Shown here one piece after another: positions 55,398 to 64,000 of a stretch of 64,000 nucleotides of DNA. The DNA comes from a virus. Taxonomy: Duplodnaviria; Caudoviricetes. Position 1 is the first letter of the stretch; each line of letters starts with the position of its first letter. The stretch is taken from the IMG/VR virus record IMGVR_UViG_3300050336_000170, positions 32,001-96,000 of that record, one strand, 5' to 3'. The notes under the pieces are model-generated. The model had not been told where the DNA came from and did not search any database. It saw nothing but the letters and a program-made list of their open reading frames with translations. The position numbers were made by a program, and so were the translations under genes.

Positions 55398-56561
55398 TTG
55401 GTAGTTATAGCAAGACCTAAAGGAAACGGTAGTAGAACTACCACTTCTAGAAAAAAATCAGACAAAATAGAAGCACCTAAAAAACTATGTATAGCATGTC
55501 CATCAGATTTAAATTTACATCCTCTGACAAAGTTTTATAGGAGTTATAGCAATTTTCACGCAGATGGTTATATCCCAATGTGTAAGGATTGTATTCAAAA
55601 AGCAAGTTTTGATGAAATAGTTCAAGATATAAATATTGATGGATTTAAAAAAATATTAAGGCAAATAGACAAACCATATATTGAATCTATTTTGCAAAGT
55701 TCTATTAATCAATATAATGAACAATATGCTGGTAAGAATTGCCCTAAAAATAATAGAACCAAAATCATAGCGTATTATTTTAAAAACATCAATTCATTGC
55801 GTCAATTGTCTACTCTTGATTGGCAAGGTGGAATTGATTATACAAATAGAATGGGTGGTTCTGAAACAGGTAATGTTAATACAAGAGTAGAAGATAAGTA
55901 TTCATTGCCAAACCAAAGCGAAGATCAAGTTTACTATTTACCTGATGATGATTTTAATGTTACGCCAGATATAATTCGTTTATTTGGTGAAGGGTATAAG
56001 AAATCTGAATATAAAGCATTTTGGGATAAATATAATTTTTTAATTAAAAATTATCCAAATACAACAAATCTTCATACTGAATCGCTTGTTACATATATTA
56101 AGTTTAAAGTTAAAGAAGAAATAGCTACTTCGAAAGGTAACGTTGCCGATGCTGAGAAATGGTCAAAGATGGCTATTGCCGCTGCTGAGAAGGCTAAAAT
56201 AAATCCTAGTCAACTTACTCAAAGTGATTTGCAGGGTGGAATTAATAGTTTCTCTGAATTATTCAAAGCTGTTGAGCAAGCTGTTGATGTTATAAAAATA
56301 TTGCCTCAATTTAAATACAGACCAAATGATGCATTAGATTTTAATATATGGTGTTACATAAACTACATCAGAGATTTAGAGGGTAAACCTCTCGTTGATT
56401 ATGAAGATATATATAAGTTTTATGATAGAAGAGTTGCTGAATATATAGAACAATATGGTGATCCTTATAATATATTTGCTGATGATCCAACAAAAGAAAA
56501 CAGAGATAAAATTAAGAAGTTTATTACATTACCAAAAGATTATTTGGATGGTGATGAATAG
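55398..56561 (+). CDS. YonG-like packaging-associated protein (putative terminase small subunit)
   Basis: N-terminal CxxC...CKDC; directly upstream of terL. Confidence 0.55.
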   Translation: MVVIARPKGNGSRTTTSRKKSDKIEAPKKLCIACPSDLNLHPLTKFYRSYSNFHADGYIPMCKDCIQKASFDEIVQDINIDGFKKILRQIDKPYIESILQSSINQYNEQYAGKNCPKNNRTKIIAYYFKNINSLRQLSTLDWQGGIDYTNRMGGSETGNVNTRVEDKYSLPNQSEDQVYYLPDDDFNVTPDIIRLFGEGYKKSEYKAFWDKYNFLIKNYPNTTNLHTESLVTYIKFKVKEEIATSKGNVADAEKWSKMAIAAAEKAKINPSQLTQSDLQGGINSFSELFKAVEQAVDVIKILPQFKYRPNDALDFNIWCYINYIRDLEGKPLVDYEDIYKFYDRRVAEYIEQYGDPYNIFADDPTKENRDKIKKFITLPKDYLDGDE

Positions 56562-59500
56562 TGGGTAGAATTAAGGGATCAACAAATACAAATCATAAGT
56601 ATGGTTCAAGTGGTCATAAGTCAGATTCATATGTTAATTATGAAGATGTTAAGTCAAATAGCAATAATACAAAATCGTTAACTGATGAACAACAAACTAG
56701 TTTTGAAAGAAATCTACCCAAATATATTGATTTTGCAAGTTGGGTACTGTGGTAAACAAAAATAATTCACAAAAAGGAGTGTTATTATGGCAGATTTGCA
56801 TATTAACAATAATAAAGGTTGGCAATTTAAGTGGGAAGAATGGGAAGATGATATAATCAGAGAGCATTATACGTCAAATGGTTATGAATATATTCTTAAA
56901 TTATTACCGCATAGGAATAAGCAAGGAATACAAGGAAGAGCATCAAAATTAGGAATACGATATTTAATCTATAATAAAAATTATTTCAATAAAATTGATA
57001 CCCCAACCAAATCATATTGGTTAGGGGTTTTATATGCTGATGGTTACGTCACTACTCATAATAGATGGGGGCTACAGTTATGTATAGAAGATTTAAATCA
57101 TATTCAAAAATTATTAGATTGTATCGAAAGTAATATCATTCCTAAGATTCAAGAAAAAAACAATACTAAATCATGCTCTTTTCAAATAAATAACTCCACA
57201 ATGTATAATGATCTAATTAGCAATGGTGTTGTAAGAAATAAAACAACCCTGTTAGAATTTCCTAATAGCGATATATTACTTCCTAAATACATTTCCCATT
57301 TCATTAGGGGTTTCTTTGATGGTGATGGATGTGTCACATATAGTAATAAGGATTTTATTAGAAAAGATAGGAATAACAAAATTAGTAATAGATTGCGAAA
57401 AAGTGTTTTCTTTGTGTGTAAAAGCGAATCTTTTATTAAGAAATTAAAAGATGTTTTAAAGGATAATAATATAAATATGAATTTATATTATAACAAGAGA
57501 GACAAATTACCAACTTTGTGTGTTTCAAATAAAGAAGAAATTATAAAATTCTATAATTATATATATCAAAACTCTGATGAAAACAATAGATTGCTCAGAA
57601 AATATAATAAGTTTCAAGAATTATTATGCCACCTACAATAGTAATATTGTTGAAAAATCTCGTGAACCTAGAAATCTAGGGTGTATATCTTACGTTAGGA
57701 ACTATAGGAAATAATAGTTAGAAGATATGCTAACAGGGAAAGCTATAGCTGTAAAGTATGCTAATCCTGTGCCAAGCCTTTTTATAAAGGAAGGTGCAAC
57801 GACTATCCGTTTAGGAGTACATGTACGGTGAAATTCCGTATTTGGAAGTGCGAGACACCCTACATTGAGGGTGAAGATATAGTCTACACTTATGGAAACA
57901 TAAGATTTACTGTGATCCAGACCTATTTTTAGATTTAATAACACCATTAGAAGGTGGAATTAAGTTACACTCAGATCAACGTACTTTTTTAAGATGTGCG
58001 TTGAGATTCTATAGTATATATGGATGTTTTCCTAGAGGTTGGGGTAAAACGCATGGTGAAGTATTGGCAATGTTTATTATAGCCATACGCTTTCCGAATG
58101 TTGAATTGGCGTTAACTGCTCAAACTAAGGAAAATGCAGCAGAGTTATTAAAAGATAAAACAACTGAAATTCTACGTCAATATCCAATGTTTGAAAATGA
58201 AATAAAAAAAATGAAGTTTCAAAAAGGTGATGGAGAAGTATTATTTAAAAATGATGCAAGAATCGACGTTCTCGCAAATGCCCAATCATCGAAAGGCCAA
58301 CGCCGCAAAAGGATACAAATCGAAGAAAGTGCGCTTTTAGATAATACAACTTTTGAAGATGCATTAAAACCAATTGTGGAAGTTGCACGTTATACTTGTG
58401 GTAAATTAGCAGTAGTAAATCCAGAAGAATTAAATCAGCAAGTAAATTTCTTTACAACACCAGGTTATCGTGGTTCTGATGAATATGGACGTAATATAGC
58501 TATGATAAAAGATATGGGAGATTTGAAAGGCGATATTGTTTTAGGATCAGATTGGATGCTAGGTTGTTGGTATGGACGAGGATCAACAAAAAGTCAAATA
58601 TTACATAAGAAAAAAACAATGTCACCTACATCTTTTAAAATGAATTATGGTGGTTCTTGGGTTGGTAGCACAACAAATTCATTGACAAATATGAATAAAT
58701 TATTGAATTGCCGAAACTTAATTGATCCTGTTTTTCAATCGACAAATAAAGATGATGAATTTTATATAGGTGTTGATGTAGCTAGGTCTGAAAATAGTGC
58801 TAATAATCAATCTTCAATAGCAATTGGTAGAGTTATTAGAAATCAATATACAAATAGAGTTATTTCTATTGATTTGGTTAATTTAATAAATATCTCAAAT
58901 ACTTTAAATTTCTCAACACAAGCTATAATGATAAAAAAACTTAAAAAAAAATACAATGCAAAAGTTGTTATTTGTGACGGCAATGGTGTTGGGACAGGTT
59001 TGGTTGATTGTCTTTTAAAGGATACAATCGATCCTATTACTAAAGAAACATTGGGATGCTGGAATACAATTAACACAGATAATACACCTGAGTTACATAA
59101 CGCAGAAAAGTGTCTTTTTGATTTAAAAGCACAAAGTTTTCAAACTGAAATGATTACTAAATTTATAGATGTTATTGATAGTGGAATTTTGAGATTATTA
59201 GAGAAACGTCAATTTAATGAATATGATTATGAAAATATTGAAGATTTAGAAACAAAATCAATTCCATATATTCAAACAGACTTATTTTTCGAAGAAGTAA
59301 GTAATTTGAAGATAAAACACTTATCAGGAGGAAAATTAGGTCTTGAGAAAGTTGTAAATAAGATTAATAAAGACCGTGTATCTGCTACTATGCATCTAGT
59401 TTTTTACGTAATGCAATTTACTGATTTTCAAAAAGTAAAACAAGATTATGACGTTGATGTTTTGTTTCAATTTCGTCAACCAATCCTAAGAGCAATATAA
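56561..59500 (+). CDS. terL: Terminase large subunit, split: exon1 56561-56753, exon2 57915-59500 (592 aa spliced)
   Basis: Splicing gives ...SWVLW-Y-PDLFLDLITP...; Walker A PRGWGKT, IQIEE, GVDVAR, DGNGVG, KDR. Confidence 0.9.
56754..57914 (+). mobile_element. Group I intron (IA-like) in terL
   Basis: 5' splice after U, ends in G; GCAACGACTA (P7) and GAAGATATAGTC (J8/7-P7'); IGS TGCCAC (57627-57632) pairs with GTGGT/A. Confidence 0.9.
56787..57641 (+). CDS. Intron-encoded LAGLIDADG homing endonuclease
   Basis: WLGVLYADG and FIRGFFDGDG. Confidence 0.92.
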   Translation: MADLHINNNKGWQFKWEEWEDDIIREHYTSNGYEYILKLLPHRNKQGIQGRASKLGIRYLIYNKNYFNKIDTPTKSYWLGVLYADGYVTTHNRWGLQLCIEDLNHIQKLLDCIESNIIPKIQEKNNTKSCSFQINNSTMYNDLISNGVVRNKTTLLEFPNSDILLPKYISHFIRGFFDGDGCVTYSNKDFIRKDRNNKISNRLRKSVFFVCKSESFIKKLKDVLKDNNINMNLYYNKRDKLPTLCVSNKEEIIKFYNYIYQNSDENNRLLRKYNKFQELLCHLQ

Positions 59501-59558
59501 CAACAACGATACACCTACATAACTATATAACCACAAAATAGAAAGGCGGTGATCATTA

Positions 59559-61064
59559 TTGCCTGACATCATAGATGTAGAAAAACAAGAGAAATTAAAA
59601 CAATATGACTTTTCATACTTGAACAATTTTGCGCAATTAGCAAAATTAACGTTACAAGATTTAAGAAAAAATAATAAAGATTCTTTATTTTATTCAAAAT
59701 TTACTAAAGAAGATATTATCAAATATTTAAAAACTCCTGACAAATATGAAAAACAGTTACGTAATGCTTGTATATATTTATATAATGCTTCTAGTCATTT
59801 TAAAAGAATTGTACAGTATTTTGCAAAGCTAAATCTTCTTTATTATATTGTGATACCATATAGGTTACAACCAAAACCAAATAAAAAAATATTTCAAAAT
59901 AAATATCAAGAAGTATTAAATGTACTTGAAAACATGAACATTAAACATGAATTTATAAAAGTACTAAATACTGCATATCGTGAAGATGTTTTTTATGGTT
60001 ATGAATATTCTACTTCGGAATCTTACTTTATAAGAAAATTAAATCCAGACTTTTGTATGATATGTTCAGTTGAAGATGGTGTTTATAATTTTGCGTTTGA
60101 TTTTTCATATTTTGATAGCCGAAAAGAAAAATTGGTTGAGTTTGGAGAAGAATTTCAAACAAAGTATGTAAAATTTAAAGGTGATAAAGATAGAGGTATT
60201 ATAGGAGATTCAAACAAGAGATGGCAAGAATTATCAAGTGATAACACTATTTGTATCAAAGTAAATGAAGATTTAGATTACTTAATACCTCCTTTTGCAA
60301 GTCTTTTAGAGGCTATATATGATTTACAAGATTACAAAATGTTGAAGCGTGTTAAGAGTCAGAATGATAATTATAAAGTTTTAGCATTTGAAATTCCTGT
60401 TGATAAAGAAAGTGGTGCATTCTTATTAGATGAGGCTTTAGCGTTAAAATACTATCACATGATGGAAAATGCTATTCCTGAAGGTATAGGACTTGCTCTT
60501 TCTCCTATGAAAATAGATCAGTTCTCTTTTCAGAATAATTCAACCGCTGAAAGAGATGCTGTAGCAGAAGCAACGGCTGATATATTTAATTTAGCTGGTG
60601 TAAGTTCATTAGTATTTAACAACACCTCTGCTGGATCAACTGGATTAACTCAATCAATACGCTCTGACTATGATGTAGCTGGATCAGTAATTAGACAACT
60701 TGAACGATGGGTTAATAGGAAACTTAAGAATCTTGATTTAACCTATAAGTTTAAAATTCAATTTTTGGATATTACTAGATATAATCAAAAAGAAATGTTT
60801 GATATGTATCTAGCTGCTGGAAATGCTGGCGCACCAGTTAAAATGGCAATAGGAGCTACATTGGGGTATTCTCCATCTGATACTGCTAACATGTCATTTC
60901 TTGAAAATGATATTTTACAAATGAGAGATAAAATGTTTGGAGAACCTTTACTATCTTCAAGTACTATGTCACCAGATAAAGAAAAAGGCGGTAAACCGCA
61001 ACAAGACACTGTAGATGGGTCTGGTCAAGTTACTAGGGACACAAATGGAAACGATAGAGAATAA
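59559..61064 (+). CDS. Portal protein (YonE-like)
   Basis: 501 aa directly after terL; C-terminal GGKP tail; SPbeta-like synteny. Confidence 0.75.
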   Translation: MPDIIDVEKQEKLKQYDFSYLNNFAQLAKLTLQDLRKNNKDSLFYSKFTKEDIIKYLKTPDKYEKQLRNACIYLYNASSHFKRIVQYFAKLNLLYYIVIPYRLQPKPNKKIFQNKYQEVLNVLENMNIKHEFIKVLNTAYREDVFYGYEYSTSESYFIRKLNPDFCMICSVEDGVYNFAFDFSYFDSRKEKLVEFGEEFQTKYVKFKGDKDRGIIGDSNKRWQELSSDNTICIKVNEDLDYLIPPFASLLEAIYDLQDYKMLKRVKSQNDNYKVLAFEIPVDKESGAFLLDEALALKYYHMMENAIPEGIGLALSPMKIDQFSFQNNSTAERDAVAEATADIFNLAGVSSLVFNNTSAGSTGLTQSIRSDYDVAGSVIRQLERWVNRKLKNLDLTYKFKIQFLDITRYNQKEMFDMYLAAGNAGAPVKMAIGATLGYSPSDTANMSFLENDILQMRDKMFGEPLLSSSTMSPDKEKGGKPQQDTVDGSGQVTRDTNGNDRE

Positions 61065-61074
61065 CGGTGATGGT

Positions 61075-61251
61075 ATGAAAGATAAATTTATATATGTTCA
61101 AGATAAGGAATTAGCAGACAAATTAATTAGTCATGGTTATCGCCTACTTAAGCAGAATAATTCAAATATATATGTGTTCCAAAATAATAAAACACTAAAT
61201 TTTGATTTGTCAGGGAAAAAATATATACTTACTGACACGTTATTATTTTAG
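61075..61251 (+). CDS. Small hypothetical protein (MKDKFIYVQDKELADKL...)
   Basis: GGTGATGG SD; followed by terminator-like hairpin 61255-61283. Confidence 0.55.
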   Translation: MKDKFIYVQDKELADKLISHGYRLLKQNNSNIYVFQNNKTLNFDLSGKKYILTDTLLF

Positions 61252-61309
61252 TTGAGACTGATATAAATCAGTCTTTATTTTTTGTCTTGAAAGGCGGTGG
61301 TAAAGTGAG

Positions 61310-62848
61310 ATGCACGAAGATTTAAAATTTGTTAGTCTAGCTACTACATTTGAAATAGACAATTCATTTGATTCAGATAGATTCATTAAACTTAGACTTA
61401 GAGTACAGCATGACGGAGAAAACCCAAATGGGAGTGCCTTTACAATTGAAGATATGAGTAAGGCTCAAGAATCAATAAAGAATATTCCTATTTTAGCGCA
61501 TGTGCTATTTGACGAAGATGGCAACCCACAGTTTGGCGCACATGATATGCACATTGAAGAAAGTAAAACTACCGAAGGTGAATATAAACTTATATATGAT
61601 GAACAACCTTTGGGATGTGTGCCAGAAACAAATAATTATTTAATTTCGGATTTTAACGGTAAAAATTATGTATTTGTTGATTCATTTGTGTGGCGTGATT
61701 ATAGTAACTACGGTGAAGAAATTATTAAAAGAGACACCAATATTAAGCTCAGCATGGAAATTATAGTAGACGCATATCAGTATGATTCAAAAACTAAAAT
61801 TTATAATATTACTGACTATCGATATAAAGGTATAACTTTACTTGGAAATAATTATGGTACGGGGATGCTTGATGCTCTTGCGAGTACGGAATCTTTTTCT
61901 GACGAAGGTAAACAGAAATTATTTAACTTAATGTCAGAATTAAAGGAAGAAATATCAAAAAATCAATCCTCTTTAGAGGTTGATATAAAAACTTCATTCT
62001 TGAATGAAAAGGAGGAGAAAATAAATTTGAATGAAAAAATAGAACTTATTACTAAGTATGGTCTTACAGTTGAACTGCTTGGGTTTAGTATAGATGAAAT
62101 TTCACTGGAAGATTTAGAAGTAAAGTTAAAAGAGTTTTCTGATAATCAGAATAAACCTAAACATAGTTACTCTGCTACTTATAATCAAAAACGTGAAGCA
62201 ATTCGCAATGCTCTAGATTCCGAAATAATTAGAGATGCAGATGGTAATGTTGTTGAGGAAACTTATTATTGGGTAGCTGATGCCTCAGACGAATTTGCAT
62301 ATGTTGAACGCTCACATTGGTCTGCTAACGGTGATTATGATAGCAAGTATGGGCGTTTTACTTATTCTTTTGAAGAAGCAACAATGACAGCAACTATTAC
62401 AAGCGAATTTGAAGAGATGTTCCTTATGTGGTTGACAGCGGAACAAAAAGCAGAAATTGATTCCGCTAATGCAAATTTTGAACAACTCAAAGCAGATTTT
62501 GATGTCTACAAAGAAAATTATTCTACGCCTAATTCTGACGTAGAAAAACTTCGTGAATTTCAAAATACTATCATTGAGACAGAACGTAAAGACGCAGAGG
62601 ATGCGATATTTACTCAGTTTGATGAAAAACTTGCAAATAATGAAGAATACATAACACTTAAATCAAAAGTTAAAGATTATGATAATCTAGAAGACTTCAC
62701 AGACAAATGTTTCGCTATATTGGGTAAAACAACTGCTAATTTTGCAATTAAAACACCAGAAAAGAAAACAGTTAAAATATCGGTTGATACTACTCCTGTC
62801 AGCGATGTGCTTTATGGTGGTCTAATTGAAAAATATACAGGTAAATAA
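61310..62848 (+). CDS. Prohead protease / scaffold (YonD-like)
   Basis: HDGENPNGS, LSMEI protease-type motifs; acidic coiled-coil C-terminus. Confidence 0.7.
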   Translation: MHEDLKFVSLATTFEIDNSFDSDRFIKLRLRVQHDGENPNGSAFTIEDMSKAQESIKNIPILAHVLFDEDGNPQFGAHDMHIEESKTTEGEYKLIYDEQPLGCVPETNNYLISDFNGKNYVFVDSFVWRDYSNYGEEIIKRDTNIKLSMEIIVDAYQYDSKTKIYNITDYRYKGITLLGNNYGTGMLDALASTESFSDEGKQKLFNLMSELKEEISKNQSSLEVDIKTSFLNEKEEKINLNEKIELITKYGLTVELLGFSIDEISLEDLEVKLKEFSDNQNKPKHSYSATYNQKREAIRNALDSEIIRDADGNVVEETYYWVADASDEFAYVERSHWSANGDYDSKYGRFTYSFEEATMTATITSEFEEMFLMWLTAEQKAEIDSANANFEQLKADFDVYKENYSTPNSDVEKLREFQNTIIETERKDAEDAIFTQFDEKLANNEEYITLKSKVKDYDNLEDFTDKCFAILGKTTANFAIKTPEKKTVKISVDTTPVSDVLYGGLIEKYTGK

Positions 62849-62886
62849 ATTAATTAAAATTATTAAAGAAAGTAGGTAATATACAT

Positions 62887-63381
62887 ATGGCATATTGTAT
62901 CGTTCGCACAGACCGTATGACTGGAACGGTTGTTCCTTCTGCTCTTATTTCTGGTAAATATCTTCCTTCTGCTACAGCTACTGCTATTGATAATGGTAAT
63001 GTTGTAAAGGTTGGAGCACTCGTTAGCGGTGAAAGAGAAGTGTTTACCCTTGATACTCCTGCTGTTAATACCCCTCTTGCTCAGATTGCCCTTGTTGCAA
63101 CACCTGAAGTAATGGCTGATGAAAGACTTAAAAATCTTAATGAGTTCCGTAATGCTGCTGGTGATATTGTCCGAGCTTATATGCTTCGTTCTGGTGATAT
63201 TTTCTCTATTACATCTGATGGTTATACTGCAATTTCTGGTACTGCTCCTGCTGCTGGTCAGATTGTAGAACTGGCTGCTGCTACTAAACTTAAGCTTACT
63301 GCTTCTCTTACTAGTGGCTCTACACAGGTTGGTACAGTTATTGCTGTTGAAGGCAGTTATCTTGTTGTTAAAGTTGTTTAA
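62887..63381 (+). CDS. Head decoration / capsid-associated protein (YonC-like)
   Basis: IDNGNVV..G; between scaffold and capsid genes; biased codon use. Confidence 0.6.
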   Translation: MAYCIVRTDRMTGTVVPSALISGKYLPSATATAIDNGNVVKVGALVSGEREVFTLDTPAVNTPLAQIALVATPEVMADERLKNLNEFRNAAGDIVRAYMLRSGDIFSITSDGYTAISGTAPAAGQIVELAAATKLKLTASLTSGSTQVGTVIAVEGSYLVVKVV

Positions 63382-63414
63382 TCAATTATTTAAAAGAAAG
63401 GTGTTAATGATATA

Positions 63415-64000
63415 ATGAACGATGTTATTAAATTAGCTATTGATGCTATTCAGCATAAAGTTCCTAATACATATTCTGATAAGCAGACATCCGAAACACT
63501 GCGTCAGGCATTTATTGATGCCAATGGTGGTTCTACAAAGTTTGGAATTAAAGAATTCCGTAGACATCCTGAACTCTATGATATCATTGAAACTATCGTC
63601 CCTACAATTATTGATGAAGGTCTTAAGGGCGATGAATTCTTCATGAATTATGTTGAATATCGCAATCTTGCTCTTGGTGACGATGAAAAGTTCTGGGCTG
63701 AAGATCGTTCTCTTTTCCTTGTTGCAGATGCTGCGCAGGGTACTCAGGCAATTCGCAGACAGCGTTTGAACGTTGGAAGTTATGTTACTATTGCTAGAAC
63801 ACTTAAAACAATCAAAATTTATGAAGAATTAAATCGTATGCTTTCTGGTCGTGTAGATTTTAATATGTTTGTTGACCGTGTAGCGAAGTCTATGCTTAAT
63901 GACAAATATACTGATATTTACACTGTATTTAACGGTATTTCTGATTCAACTGCTGGCATGACTTCCGATTATTACAAGAGTGGTTCTTTTGCAGAGGACA
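63415..64000 (+). CDS. Major capsid protein (partial, runs off window)
   Basis: GAAAGGTG SD; MNDVIKLAID...VEYRNLALGD...AIRRQRL; position after decoration gene. Confidence 0.75.
   Translation, partial: MNDVIKLAIDAIQHKVPNTYSDKQTSETLRQAFIDANGGSTKFGIKEFRRHPELYDIIETIVPTIIDEGLKGDEFFMNYVEYRNLALGDDEKFWAEDRSLFLVADAAQGTQAIRRQRLNVGSYVTIARTLKTIKIYEELNRMLSGRVDFNMFVDRVAKSMLNDKYTDIYTVFNGISDSTAGMTSDYYKSGSFAED

Noticed and set aside
56561-58001. 56561..56755 and 58001..59500 as separate genes; 57702..57947 as a gene
   Set aside because: The first two are exons of terL; the third is antisense to the intron core.
63440-63646. 68-aa ORF
   Set aside because: Out-of-frame overlap with the capsid gene starting at 63415.

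Overview
AT-rich segment of a large temperate Firmicutes (probably clostridial) phage or prophage with SPbeta-like organisation. About 1-43 kb is a leftward (minus-strand) arm of many short accessory genes. It includes a PAPS-reductase-family gene, an RlmN/Cfr-like radical SAM enzyme, three tRNAs, a mazF-like / yopQ-like / mrpR(yopR)-like repression operon, a solo tnpB, a DenV-like glycosylase, a DUF4942 methyltransferase, LPD29-like and DUF262-like genes, and twister and pistol ribozymes. A strand-switch region at 43-44.3 kb carries a 24-bp-periodic ATCGAT array. The rightward arm encodes an intact tyrosine recombinase, a wHTH protein, an HNH endonuclease, a YonO-like single-subunit RNA polymerase, a metallophosphoesterase, an IS200/IS605 element, a terminase split by a group I intron with a LAGLIDADG gene, then portal, protease/scaffold, decoration and capsid genes. 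The most striking unexplained signal is about 40 copies of an 18-bp dyad (AYNAAA-N6-TTTNRT, variable 6-bp core) at gene junctions throughout the leftward arm, facing the divergently transcribed recombinase: a candidate integron-like gene-cassette array. All family assignments come from motif recognition by eye, not from database searches.
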